A DNA stretch of 64,000 nucleotides from the sequence record MW882907; one strand, 5' to 3'. The notes beneath the pieces were generated by a model, which had not been told where the DNA came from, ran no database searches, and saw only the letters and a program-made list of their open reading frames with translations. A program made the position numbers and the translations under genes. The stretch comes from Escherichia phage vB_EcoM_SQ17. Below, in pieces: positions 10,194 to 19,443 of the stretch; the stretch's first letter is position 1; every line of letters starts with the position of its first letter.

Positions 10194-10463
10194 CTATCGG
10201 AGCAAACAATAAGCCTGAAACACTTTTTCCATTAAACGTTTGAACTCATGGATATCGATATAAAGCTCAGTAAGACCGGCATTATAAAGAAAATCTAAAA
10301 AGTTCTCATGTGTTTCGTTATAGTCGCCTTCGTTTAATTGAGATACATGAGTTTCCCAAAAACCAACACCTTTAACGAATGGAAAATACGTGACTTTCAT
10401 GTATTCGTCAACATAAAATTCGCCCAGCTTTTCTTCAGTTATACTGATTCGAGTTAATTTCAT
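10194..10463 (-). CDS. hypothetical protein
   Basis: 89-aa ORF, ATG start, tightly packed in the 55-nrdH early block. Confidence 0.5.
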   Translation of the reverse strand: MKLTRISITEEKLGEFYVDEYMKVTYFPFVKGVGFWETHVSQLNEGDYNETHENFLDFLYNAGLTELYIDIHEFKRLMEKVFQAYCLLR

Positions 10464-10687
10464 TCTAGTTCCTTTGCTGCTTCAAGAGCAGCATCCAACG
10501 AATCAAATTGGTCAACGAAATCAATATTCAACGCATCGTCAACCGTAGCATATAACCACCATTGTTTGAATTCGTATTCTAGAATAAATCCAGGACCTTC
10601 AATCTGAGGAAGACCTAGACTATTTGTACCAACTTCGTAACCAGCTAGACGCAGGTCATTAATCAAAGTTTCTGTTAATACGCTCAT
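10460..10687 (-). CDS. hypothetical protein
   Basis: 75-aa ORF, ATG start, ATGA overlap with downstream ORF. Confidence 0.5.
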   Translation of the reverse strand: MSVLTETLINDLRLAGYEVGTNSLGLPQIEGPGFILEYEFKQWWLYATVDDALNIDFVDQFDSLDAALEAAKELE

Positions 10688-11055
10688 TTTACCGCCTTAA
10701 CAATTTTCAGGTCAACGAATTTTTTCTTACGTTGATTTTTCATACGACGGATAGTTTTTTCAGAGATTTCATGTTTCTGATAAGCTTTAGATTCAACACC
10801 AAATGCAGCAACGTCAAATTCAGAAAGAATATATTGTACTAGAATTTCGCGAATAGAATTACGTCCAATTTTCTGGTCGTGTTTTTGCATGATTTCATAA
10901 AGACGGAATTCCCACGCGTCAAGAACTTGAGGAGTAACAATATTGCCGGATTCAAGAAGAGCAACAACTTTATCGAAAGCGAAAGAATTAACTACATTTT
11001 TGATTTTAGTAGACATATTATTTTCCTCGGTTGTTTTATTATCCAATGAGAGCAT
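10684..11055 (-). CDS. hypothetical protein
   Basis: 123-aa ORF, ATG start, ATGA-type coupling to neighbour. Confidence 0.5.
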   Translation of the reverse strand: MLSLDNKTTEENNMSTKIKNVVNSFAFDKVVALLESGNIVTPQVLDAWEFRLYEIMQKHDQKIGRNSIREILVQYILSEFDVAAFGVESKAYQKHEISEKTIRRMKNQRKKKFVDLKIVKAVK

Positions 11056-11082
11056 TATACTCTGCTCTCAAGAGTTTGTGCA

Positions 11083-11322
11083 TTATTTCGTGATAAGATA
11101 ATGTAAATAGTTTGCTTGACGAACACTGATATCAACACCCATATCAAAGATACCTTTATAGAACGGGTATTTGTTTTCAGTAGAATCTAGACTAAAAGCC
11201 TTTCCACCACAACTAACGGTAATAGCATCAGTTAAAGTGTCATATACAAACTTAATAGTTGAACCATTCACTACGACTTCAAGACGTTTTTTCGATGTAG
11301 TAATGTCTAATTCTTGTTCCAT
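11083..11322 (-). CDS. hypothetical protein
   Basis: 79-aa ORF, ATG start. Confidence 0.5.
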   Translation of the reverse strand: MEQELDITTSKKRLEVVVNGSTIKFVYDTLTDAITVSCGGKAFSLDSTENKYPFYKGIFDMGVDISVRQANYLHYLITK

Positions 11323-11385
11323 GATATTTTCCTCATTTTAAGACGATAGGAAGATAATAACATGTCTTCCTATCGTTGTACATTA

Positions 11386-11586
11386 TTAACCGAACTTTTT
11401 AGCGCCTTTCCAGCCTTCGTACATAACTGCACAAGTCAGTAATACAGCGTGCTGGCATTCTTTGTATTTGTAAATCCAGAACCAGCGTAAGAAGTCTTCG
11501 TCCTCAACGCCGTTGAGTTTCATATTGGCAAAGAATTCGGCACGTTCTTCACGAAGTTGCCATGACACAATATTTTCAGGATTCAT
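11386..11586 (-). CDS. hypothetical protein
   Basis: Track ORF trimmed to ATG (MNPENIVSWQLRE...); ATGA overlap with upstream ORF stop. Confidence 0.45.
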   Translation of the reverse strand: MNPENIVSWQLREERAEFFANMKLNGVEDEDFLRWFWIYKYKECQHAVLLTCAVMYEGWKGAKKFG

Positions 11587-11810
11587 TTTGTGTTCCACGC
11601 CCCATTTTCATCGATGAACTTAATCCAGTCATTTACAGACCATTTAGTTGTATCACCCTTTGGATTAGCATTTAAAGTATATAATCCCTGCTTAAAAAGC
11701 ATTCGTTTGATATTCATAATTTCCTCAACTGTAACGATAACATTCGTTAGCTTTACGTTTGGCTTCAGTATGAGAAGTATTATAATCATAATCTTCTTTA
11801 CTGTAAACAT
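11583..11810 (-). CDS. hypothetical protein (hydrophobic N-terminus)
   Basis: 75-aa ORF with ATG start MFTVKKIMIIILLIL...; overlaps next ORF, true start may be the internal Met. Confidence 0.4.
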   Translation of the reverse strand: MFTVKKIMIIILLILKPNVKLTNVIVTVEEIMNIKRMLFKQGLYTLNANPKGDTTKWSVNDWIKFIDENGAWNTK

Positions 11811-12018
11811 CCTTTTTCAACTTACGAACTTCTTTGCGAAGTTGTCGATTCATTTCATTCTTGACTTCAGAATCAACGCCTTTCATACGTTTCCATTTAT
11901 CTGAGCGGAAAATGTTTTCAACCATGTCTTTGTGGCTAACACCGTCAGGAGCTTTACGTTTACCAAAATAGTCGTAATCACGAACTTTCAAATCTTTACG
12001 ACGATACGTTTTACCCAT
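11725..12018 (-). CDS. hypothetical basic protein
   Basis: Track ORF trimmed to ATG (MGKTYRRKDLKVRDY...); lysine/arginine-rich. Confidence 0.4.
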   Translation of the reverse strand: MGKTYRRKDLKVRDYDYFGKRKAPDGVSHKDMVENIFRSDKWKRMKGVDSEVKNEMNRQLRKEVRKLKKDVYSKEDYDYNTSHTEAKRKANECYRYS

Positions 12019-12025
12019 AAGTACC

Positions 12026-12274
12026 TCAGAGGTTGATTGATACAATGCGTTTGATAAAATTCACTTCACTTACTGAAAGGTCTTTAAGACCGATTGATTC
12101 TAAACGCTGAGTAAGCGTCAACATTGGGATATAGTCCCAATGTGTTTTAGACGTTTGATAAGTACGGACGCCATTAGCAATTTCAACGTTCAAATCAGAA
12201 ATGGTAATGAACACCAGACGTTCGTTGTTTACATTAAGAGTTAGAACAACTTTCTTTGAATCCAAACTAATCAT
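12026..12274 (-). CDS. hypothetical protein
   Basis: Track ORF trimmed to internal ATG (MISLDSKKVVLTLNV...) just downstream of an early-type promoter. Confidence 0.45.
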   Translation of the reverse strand: MISLDSKKVVLTLNVNNERLVFITISDLNVEIANGVRTYQTSKTHWDYIPMLTLTQRLESIGLKDLSVSEVNFIKRIVSINL

Positions 12275-12302
12275 TTTATTTTCCTCTATAGTAGATGGTT
12301 TA

Positions 12303-12331
12303 ATCTTAACACATCTATTGAGGATGTAAAC
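12303..12331 (-). promoter_or_regulatory. T4-type early promoter
   Basis: Minus strand GTTTAC, 17-nt spacer, TAAGAT upstream of the 12274 ORF. Confidence 0.4.
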
Positions 12332-12404
12332 TGTTTTATGAAAATATTTTCGATTTGAGAGGGGCACAAGGAGATAGTGAAGTGAAGATTCCAATGGATT
12401 ATAT

Positions 12405-12439
12405 TAGAAGTGAGATAAAGAAGACCAGGCGGCACCTGG
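12405..12439 (-). terminator. terminator-like stem-loop downstream of nrdH
   Basis: CCAGG-cggca-CCTGG inverted repeat at 12425-12439 followed on the minus strand by a U-rich stretch. Confidence 0.3.
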
Positions 12440-12755
12440 TCAATCTTCTATGATATCAGAGTCATATCCTAATGAAATCAAGGACTTTTTAAACTCTGCA
12501 ATATTCTTTTGTTTCTTATCATTTAAAAATATGACAGGATAACGAATATTAAGTGAAGTGAATCCTGCACGTTTAGCAAGAGATACGATTAAAGGACGGT
12601 CATATTCAATCTTACCATTATTAGTGAGGACTTTATAAAATGTATAAGGAGCATTGAGCTCCTTTAAAAGTTTTGTAACAGTATAACATCCTGGACAACG
12701 TCCTACTTCTTCAGGGATGCCATAAATTTCAATCTTGTTCTTTAAGTTCGAGTTT
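12440..12755 (-). CDS. nrdH: glutaredoxin NrdH-like
   Basis: KIEIYGIPEEVGRCPGCYTVTKLL... with CPGC redox motif; no in-frame ATG near the domain start (track start is GTG far upstream), start approximate. Confidence 0.6.
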
Positions 12756-13046
12756 TGTTCCACGAGAAATAATTCCTTGGTAAGCCCAATAAGGAGGATT
12801 AACAGAATCCTCGCCAGAGTTTTCTTCAGGAAAATAAACCTGGATAACAAATCCGGATTCATCAAAGGTAAAATAAACCGTAGGCAGTTCACCTAACAAT
12901 TCGGCACGAGCATTAATTTCTTCGAGATCTCGTTCACGTCCGGCCCAAAAACTAGGATTTAGACTACATTCATAAAAATAATAGTCATTACCGAACATAT
13001 CAAAACCTTTCCAACTCTCTACCACATACTGCTCAAAACTAATCAT
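12729..13046 (-). CDS. hypothetical protein
   Basis: 105-aa ORF, ATG start; its 3' end overlaps the glutaredoxin frame. Confidence 0.45.
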   Translation of the reverse strand: MISFEQYVVESWKGFDMFGNDYYFYECSLNPSFWAGRERDLEEINARAELLGELPTVYFTFDESGFVIQVYFPEENSGEDSVNPPYWAYQGIISRGTKLELKEQD

Positions 13047-13048
13047 AA

Positions 13049-13264
13049 TTAAGCCTTTTTATCAAGAACAGAATTCAGTTTATTAGTAATTTTGTCCAAA
13101 CGTTCATTGAATTCGCTGGAGGATAAACCCTTTTCAGGAGAAATTAAACTAATCACGAAAAATACAGCAGTAAAAGGAATAAGAAAAATAGCTCCAACTG
13201 CCATAAACAGAAAGAATGTTACAGTTGTAAGAAAATCAGCTAAACCTTTACGAAATTTATACAT
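13049..13264 (-). CDS. small membrane protein
   Basis: 71-aa ORF with hydrophobic segment TTVTFFLFMAVGAIFLIPFTAVFFVISLI. Confidence 0.5.
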   Translation of the reverse strand: MYKFRKGLADFLTTVTFFLFMAVGAIFLIPFTAVFFVISLISPEKGLSSSEFNERLDKITNKLNSVLDKKA

Positions 13265-13374
13265 ATTTACCCTTAATTAACTAAGCATTGATAAGCACTA
13301 AACTATATTGCGAATAAAATTCTGGACCAAAACGAAAAATCATATCATTTATAGTATCCATAATGTAATTCAAT

Positions 13375-13845
13375 TTAATCATGTTTCCACACCCCATCGG
13401 TATTTGACCAAAGTCGCTGATTATCTGATCCTCGCCACAGCTTTTTAGTCGGAAGATTTTTCTCATACTTCCCATCAATAATAACATCAACATATTTAAG
13501 CATTTCTAGTTGTTTAATATCTTCAAACTTATATCCTGTCCACAACCAAATGCTTTTATTAGGATAAAGATTTTTTACTGTTTGAACGATGCAATGAACA
13601 ACATCTCGGTTATCAGGATAGAGAGGGTCACCTCCGGTTATAGTCAATCCTTCTATATAATCATTATTCAAGCATTCAATTAATTGTTCTAGTGTCTCTC
13701 CAGTGAATGGAATGCCATTTCTAGCATTCCATGTTGATTTATTATAACACCCTTCGCATTTATGCAAACAACCTGTAACGAAAAGAACGACCCTGCATCC
13801 AGGGCCATTCACAAAATCGCAAGGATAAAATCTATCATAATTCAT
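13375..13845 (-). CDS. nrdG: anaerobic ribonucleotide reductase activating protein NrdG (radical SAM)
   Basis: 156-aa ORF with CLHKCEGC radical-SAM cysteine cluster; ATGA overlap with nrdD stop. Confidence 0.9.
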   Translation of the reverse strand: MNYDRFYPCDFVNGPGCRVVLFVTGCLHKCEGCYNKSTWNARNGIPFTGETLEQLIECLNNDYIEGLTITGGDPLYPDNRDVVHCIVQTVKNLYPNKSIWLWTGYKFEDIKQLEMLKYVDVIIDGKYEKNLPTKKLWRGSDNQRLWSNTDGVWKHD

Positions 13846-16704
13846 TGGTGTTTAACCCTATGCATGATTTCTTTATTTTTACCGAGATTAAATCCGCGTT
13901 CGTTCGGATTTCCCAAATAACCGCATGTTCTTCTTATAGTATTCATCTTTTTAGGATCACTTTCTCCACAAACTGAACAAACAAATCCGTTTTCAGTAGG
14001 AGTCATTTCATGGGTACTTCCACATGTAAAACATTTATCTACTGGCATATTAACACCAAAATAATCTAAATGTTGTGCAGCATAATCCCACACGGCCTCA
14101 AGACCTTTTAGGTTATTTTTCATATCAGGAAGTTCAACATAAGAAATGTGACCGCCTGTCGCAATGAAATGATATGGGGCTTCGCGAGAAATCTTTTCAA
14201 ACGGAGTAATATTTTCTTCTACTGAAACATGGAAACTATTAGTGTACCAGCCTTTATCAGTAACATCTTTTACACTTCCATATTTTTCGGTATCAAGTTT
14301 ACAGAAGCGATAGCACAGGTTTTCAGCAGGAGTAGAATACAAACTAAAAGCGAATCCGGTTCTTTCAGTCCATTGTTTAAGATGAATATTCATTTTAGTT
14401 AAAATTTCTTGTCCAATATCACGACCGACAAGAATATTCAATTCGTGAATACCAATGTATCCCAAAGACACTGAACTTCTACCGTTTTTAAATAACTCAA
14501 TTATATCGTCATCAGGTTTAAGACGAACACCGAATGCACCTTCTTGGTAAAGAATAGGAGCAACAGTAGCTTTAACACCCTTTAAAGAACTAATTCTGCA
14601 CATCAATGCTTCAAAACACAGATCCATTCGTTCATTGAATAATTCAACAAATTTCTGTTCATTGAATTGTGTTCCAATATAAGAATCTAACGCAATACGA
14701 GGAAGATTCAGTGTTACAACACCAAGATTATTACGTCCATCAAGAATTTCATTACCAGTCGAATCTTTCCATACACTCAAGAAACTACGGCAACCCATTG
14801 GAGAAACAGGAACAGATGAACCAGTGATAGCTTTATTATTCTTAACTGAAATAATATCAGGATACATTCTTTTGCTTGCACACTCTAGAGCAAGCTGCTT
14901 AATATCGTAGTTCGGGTCGTCTTTATAAAGATTGACACCCTCTTCAACGAACATAACAAGTTTAGGGAAAATAGGAGATATCCCATTGCGACCAAGACCT
15001 TTAATACGATTTTTCAGAATTGCTTTTTGAATCATTCGTTCAGTCCAGTCAGTTCCCGTACCAAATGTAATTGTTACAAAAGGCGTTTGTCCATTAGAGC
15101 TGAAAAGTGTATTTACTTCATCATTATATTCAGCATGAGTCGCAAATTCATGCCCGTTTATATGAAACAACAAAATTTGGATAGTCCATAGATATGCAAC
15201 GTTCTTTTATAGTGCTAGGATGAAAATTTAGCGCTTTAGCTGCTTCTATATAAGACGTATACTTAATACCGTCAACAACCACATATTCAGGAACTTTATG
15301 AATAGTAGTCTTAATACTCAAAACAAGAGGATGAGTTTCGACTTCACTTTCAGTGCAATTTAAATATTCCGCTGCTTTTTTAAAACTTCTAAAAGTTTTA
15401 TTTTTAAGCTTTATCGATACTTGTTTTTTACTTTTTCGACTATTGATATTATTTTGCACATGTTCCTTAGATCTTCCGTTTTTAGCATAATATTCAGCTA
15501 CAGAAGATTTTATATTGTTTTTATGAGATTCGGATAACACTTTACCCTTATGAGCATCTCTTAATTTTTGAATATGTTCTTCAGTATCCGGATGCTTATA
15601 AAACTTTTTACCGCCTATGGATTTATTTAAACACTTTTTGCTATAAAAATATTTACGTATGACCTCTTCTTCATGTTTTAATGCATCTTTATAACTATCA
15701 AATGTTTTTAAAATTATCCATTTAGTAGGTGTATCAGTTTTTAAGCGTTCATTTATATACTTAGATGACGTTGTGTAAGTTTTCCAGTTTGTGGGCTTGT
15801 TTTTAATTGTTCTAAATTTTTTATAACCGATATAAATGTCACCATTAGAAAACTTAACTAAGTATGTAAATGCGTCTTTATCTTTTATTTTAGTACAACG
15901 TCTTTTTATCCATTTCATTGTTTCACCTCGTATTCATAAGATAATCTTATTTATACAAGATGACTGCTGCATGTCGCCATGCAGATTAGACTATATCTTC
16001 ATCTTTCGATGCCGGCCGTTTCGAATAGCATTAGCTTCTATTCTACACCGCTACATTCATCACGGTTAGTCGTTAGGCATTTAGTTCAAAAGAACATTTA
16101 GCACGGGATTGTCTACTAGAGAGGTTCCCCGTTTAGACCGGTTTTACATGAGCCTGAATTAAATTAACTCATACGCCTGGAATGCATCGTATACGTCTTT
16201 TTCTGTTTTAGATTGGGCGTAATTCAACGCATCAGCGATTTGCCATTTTTCTGCATCTTCAACATGTTTAGCGTATGTGCGTTTAACATAAGGAGAAAGT
16301 ACTTTATCTACATTAGCAAATGTAGTTCCGCCGTACTGGTGTGAAGCAACTTGTGCAGTAATTTGTGCCATAATTGCAGTAGCAACACCAATCGATTTAG
16401 GCGTTTCAATTTGAGCATTACCTAGCTTAAATCCGTTTTCAAGCATTCCTTTTAAATCTACTAAACAACAATTAGTAAATGGAAGAGCAGGGGAATAATC
16501 AATATCATGGAAATGGATAATTCCACTTTCATGTGCTTTCATAATAAAAGACGGGACCATATTTTTGGCAATGTGCTTAGACACAATACCAGCCATAAGG
16601 TCCCGTTGAGTTGGAAAAACACGAGAATCTTTATTAGCATTCTCGTTCAAAAGATCTTTATTAGTTTTATGAATTAATCCTTCAATTTCTTTTTCAATTT
16701 TCAT
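13842..16704 (-). CDS. nrdD: anaerobic ribonucleoside-triphosphate reductase NrdD, interrupted by a group I intron
   Basis: Exon 1 about 16165..16704 (MKIEKEIEGLIHK...), exon 2 about 13842..15110 ending with glycyl-radical motif RRTCGYLG; the two reading frames are separated by an intron with its own ORF. Confidence 0.8.
15110..16164 (-). mobile_element. group I intron in nrdD carrying a homing endonuclease ORF (boundaries approximate)
   Basis: Non-coding GC-richer 5' core 15919..16164 contains GAAGATATAGTC (S-element-like) and AACGACUAA; ORF occupies the 3' part as in the T4 nrdD (sunY) intron. Confidence 0.6.
15148..15918 (-). CDS. intron-encoded GIY-YIG homing endonuclease (I-TevII-like)
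   Basis: 256-aa ORF, ATG start, N-terminal GIY-YIG-type motif ...FSNGDIYIGYKKF...; basic C-terminal DNA-binding region. Confidence 0.8.
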   Translation of the reverse strand: MKWIKRRCTKIKDKDAFTYLVKFSNGDIYIGYKKFRTIKNKPTNWKTYTTSSKYINERLKTDTPTKWIILKTFDSYKDALKHEEEVIRKYFYSKKCLNKSIGGKKFYKHPDTEEHIQKLRDAHKGKVLSESHKNNIKSSVAEYYAKNGRSKEHVQNNINSRKSKKQVSIKLKNKTFRSFKKAAEYLNCTESEVETHPLVLSIKTTIHKVPEYVVVDGIKYTSYIEAAKALNFHPSTIKERCISMDYPNFVVSYKRA

Positions 16705-17174
16705 TTTAAACTCTTTTTAAGCTGCTTTTTGAATGAAGCTATTAATTGTGTTTTGGTATCAGATTCATTATATTCAAATCCTCTTTGAAGCATCTCAGCC
16801 ATCATTTCCTCTTTACCTAGTCTTGAGAACTCTTTAGTTTTGTCTGGAACAAAATTAGGATGGATATTATTATCAGAATAATCTTGTTTCAAATAAGCAA
16901 GAAGAGCTTCAAGCCATTCGAGGTAGTCGACATCACGTCCTTTAAGACCGGAACGGTTGAACTTATGCTTCATTTGACCTTCTGCTGCATTGCACAGATT
17001 ACAGAGTAACCCACGAACTCTACCTGCTTTTGGCCCGTTTAATTCATGGTCGTGGTCAAGATGGTTACCTTGAACATCAGGGTCTAATTCACGGTGGCAA
17101 ATAGGACACTTACCATTCTGTGCATCATAAAATTTTTGTTTTTCTTCTTTGTATAATTTGCCAGATAATAACAT
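16701..17174 (-). CDS. 49: endonuclease VII (Holliday junction resolvase) gp49
   Basis: 157-aa ORF MLLSGKLYKEEKQKFYDAQNGKCPICHREL...HLDHDHELNGPKAGRVRGLLCNLCN; zinc-binding cysteines and catalytic His/Asp/Glu typical of T4 endo VII. Confidence 0.85.
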   Translation of the reverse strand: MLLSGKLYKEEKQKFYDAQNGKCPICHRELDPDVQGNHLDHDHELNGPKAGRVRGLLCNLCNAAEGQMKHKFNRSGLKGRDVDYLEWLEALLAYLKQDYSDNNIHPNFVPDKTKEFSRLGKEEMMAEMLQRGFEYNESDTKTQLIASFKKQLKKSLK

Positions 17175-17202
17175 AATAAACCCTTACCATATTAGATAAG
17201 GG

Positions 17203-17210
17203 TATTTATA
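17203..17210 (-). promoter_or_regulatory. late promoter (TATAAATA) upstream of gene 49
   Basis: Plus tatttata = TATAAATA on minus, about 30 nt upstream of the gene 49 ATG. Confidence 0.5.
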
Positions 17211-17212
17211 AT

Positions 17213-17392
17213 TTAATAAATGTTATAAAAGTCACGATGGAAACGTTTGTATTGGCGAATCATTCTTTTAGTAGGACGTGTTACCGAAATGATTGAAGTC
17301 CTCATGTTCGGATTGTTTGGAGCACCAATTATAACAAATTTCCAAGATTTTTGTCCGTTTGTTCTTTCGCCAAAAAATAATGCAGTTTTCAT
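17213..17392 (-). CDS. small basic protein, paralog B (below ORF-track cutoff)
   Basis: Hand translation MKTALFFGERTNGQKSWKFVIIGAPNNPNMRTSIISVTRPTKRMIRQYKRFHRDFYNIY; ATG start; paralogous to ORF 17817..17987. Confidence 0.4.
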   Translation of the reverse strand: MKTALFFGERTNGQKSWKFVIIGAPNNPNMRTSIISVTRPTKRMIRQYKRFHRDFYNIY

Positions 17393-17401
17393 AATAAGCC
17401 C

Positions 17402-17815
17402 TTAACTTAAACGTCTTTCTAAATATTCAATGTATTCCGCTGCGGCTTGCATCAGATTACCTTCATAACCGTCATTATTTTCTTGGGCGGCTAATTTAGC
17501 TAAAGCATAAGAAATACGTTCACCTTCGAATTCGCCAAGTCCACCATCACAAACTACTTGGTCAATTTCTTCGAGTTCATCTATTGAATGGGATTCCCAG
17601 AAGCACCAAAGAGAAGTATCACGGTCATAGATGCAAAGTTTCTCACCTGTGTTCAACATCACTTCGATAATGCCATGGTCGCCATAACCATCTTCGGTAG
17701 TAGTACCAATTACCTTGATGATCGTATCTTTCTTTAATTCAGGAAACTTATCTTGGAGTTCTTCGTCTTCTTTAACAATCTTGAACCATTTACCGCGAGT
17801 TTCAGAAATATTCAT
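17402..17815 (-). CDS. hypothetical acidic protein
   Basis: Track ORF trimmed to internal ATG (MNISETRGKWFKIVKEDEEL...), 137 aa; flanked on both sides by the small basic paralogs. Confidence 0.5.
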   Translation of the reverse strand: MNISETRGKWFKIVKEDEELQDKFPELKKDTIIKVIGTTTEDGYGDHGIIEVMLNTGEKLCIYDRDTSLWCFWESHSIDELEEIDQVVCDGGLGEFEGERISYALAKLAAQENNDGYEGNLMQAAAEYIEYLERRLS

Positions 17816-17816
17816 A

Positions 17817-17987
17817 TCAATATTCTCTATAAAAGTTACGATGAGAACGTTTAGCTTTGCGAAGCTGACGTTTAGTAGGACGAACTGTAAATGGTTGTCC
17901 AGAGAAAAAATTCGGATCGGTTTTAATAAGCAAATACCAATCATGCTTGCCATTTTTTAATAAACGGTATAATAATTTAACTTGCAT
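17817..17987 (-). CDS. small basic protein, paralog A
   Basis: Track ORF trimmed to ATG: MQVKLLYRLLKNGKHDWYLLIKTDPNFFSGQPFTVRPTKRQLRKAKRSHRNFYREY; shares NG(Q/K)K..W...I....PN...RPTKR...FY motif with paralog B. Confidence 0.4.
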   Translation of the reverse strand: MQVKLLYRLLKNGKHDWYLLIKTDPNFFSGQPFTVRPTKRQLRKAKRSHRNFYREY

Positions 17988-18115
17988 AATAATCTCTTCC
18001 CATTTCCATATCAATTAATTCATTTATTGAAGGTTCATCATAACACGTTTCTTCGTCATTGTAAACTGTTTCGACGTCTGGCTCGACTGTCTCCCATCGA
18101 GCCGAATACCACGGT

Positions 18116-18472
18116 TTAACCCCGGAGTTTATTGAGCTCTTCATAATCAATCCAGGATTCTAGCCCTGACGGCAGGTCACATTCAATGTTCCACAGAAGC
18201 TCTTCAATGGCTTGCAGGCGATTATATTCTTCAACGGTAATGGTAACCATTGGTGCAACCGGTTCTGCCTTTTTAACCATCATATCGTTCATCAGGACGT
18301 AAAGGTCATCACGAACAACAGTGTCGCTCCAACCCCATGATTTGGCTTCGTAAGCTAATGATGAAGGGAGCACATTTAAAACTTCAATAATAGTTGGAGC
18401 ATCAGGACCAAGTTCATTGGCACAAACTTCGTATACATCTTGGAAATCTTTAAGATTTAATGAATATGTCAT
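18116..18472 (-). CDS. hypothetical protein
   Basis: 118-aa ORF, ATG start, overlaps nrdC start by 4 nt. Confidence 0.5.
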   Translation of the reverse strand: MTYSLNLKDFQDVYEVCANELGPDAPTIIEVLNVLPSSLAYEAKSWGWSDTVVRDDLYVLMNDMMVKKAEPVAPMVTITVEEYNRLQAIEELLWNIECDLPSGLESWIDYEELNKLRG

Positions 18473-18732
18473 TTAAAATATTCTCGTAGTTGGTCAAAGC
18501 CACCGATCGAAGTTCCATCAGGAGCAAACACTTGAGGCATAGTCAATCCGACTTGTGATTCACGTCCAAGCTTAACCAGAAGCTCAGCAATTTTCTCATC
18601 ATCAAAAACACCTTTTTCCGGCATAACATTAATGAATTCGAATGGTTGTTTCTTAACAGTCAGCAATCGTTTCGCATTATCACAATAAATGCATTTATGA
18701 ATAGTAGAGTCATACCCGTACACTTTAAACAT
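18469..18732 (-). CDS. nrdC: thioredoxin/glutaredoxin NrdC
   Basis: MFKVYGYDSTIHKCIYCDNAKRLL... with CxxC active site, 87 aa from the second in-frame ATG. Confidence 0.8.
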   Translation of the reverse strand: MFKVYGYDSTIHKCIYCDNAKRLLTVKKQPFEFINVMPEKGVFDDEKIAELLVKLGRESQVGLTMPQVFAPDGTSIGGFDQLREYFK

Positions 18733-19138
18733 TATTTTTCCTTTCATCGATTAAATATGCAATGCCAAATACAATACATGTAATAAAACCTGTGATACAG
18801 ATAGAAACCAACAACACTGTACCAAAGAACCAAATCAAGTTATCTTTAGTAGTTTGTTTGATATCCATCTCACGAATTTCTATAGCTATCGTATCACCTT
18901 TATTCAGAAGCGTATAAAACGATGGCGATACACGCATGTCAAAAACTCGTCCTTGCTCATCTTTATAGACTGCAATAAATTCTAATTTAGAATATTTTCC
19001 TGTAGATTGGCCTGAGATTAATTCCACTACCTCCACAGGAATTACTTTAGTTTCCATGTAAGTATTCTGGCTGTTCCAAATGAATGGAATGATGGCAAAA
19101 ACTAAAGCTGCAATAAAACAACGAAGGCTATATCTCAT
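18725..19138 (-). CDS. membrane protein
   Basis: 137-aa ORF with N- and C-terminal hydrophobic helices (LRCFIAALVFAIIPFIW; IWFFGTVLLVSICITGFITCIVFGIAYLI). Confidence 0.5.
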   Translation of the reverse strand: MRYSLRCFIAALVFAIIPFIWNSQNTYMETKVIPVEVVELISGQSTGKYSKLEFIAVYKDEQGRVFDMRVSPSFYTLLNKGDTIAIEIREMDIKQTTKDNLIWFFGTVLLVSICITGFITCIVFGIAYLIDERKNNV

Positions 19139-19443
19139 TATAATGTTCTCTCAAATTTGTGGAAGCATTTACGGCATTTCAATTTCAAGTTATCGGTGGT
19201 CCAGTTAACCAGCTGGACTTGGATAGTTCCACATTCCGGGCATGGATGTTTTGCTGCCGATTTGGCAGCATTTTCACGTCGTTCAACCATTTTCATTATT
19301 TCGTTCCATGCCGGAGGAACGAACTCTTCTTCACCGTGGATTTTATCTCGCTGAACAAATTCAATCTTTGAACTATCGTCAATAAACTTAACCAAGCCAT
19401 GATTAGTGCTCATATCAATATCCTCTAAAAGACGTAGTTTCAT
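19138..19443 (-). CDS. zinc-ribbon protein
   Basis: 101-aa ORF with CPECG...CRKC pair of Cys-x-x-Cys motifs. Confidence 0.5.
   Translation of the reverse strand: MKLRLLEDIDMSTNHGLVKFIDDSSKIEFVQRDKIHGEEEFVPPAWNEIMKMVERRENAAKSAAKHPCPECGTIQVQLVNWTTDNLKLKCRKCFHKFERTL

Noticed and set aside
10141-10195. MotA-box-like middle promoter upstream of gene 55 (GCTTTA followed by TATTAT)
   Set aside because: Spacing between the box and the -10 is longer than the usual 11-13 bp and could not be resolved by eye.
13281-13493. 70-aa minus-strand ORF overlapping the 3' part of nrdG
   Set aside because: Out-of-frame overlap with the radical-SAM activase gene; no independent support.
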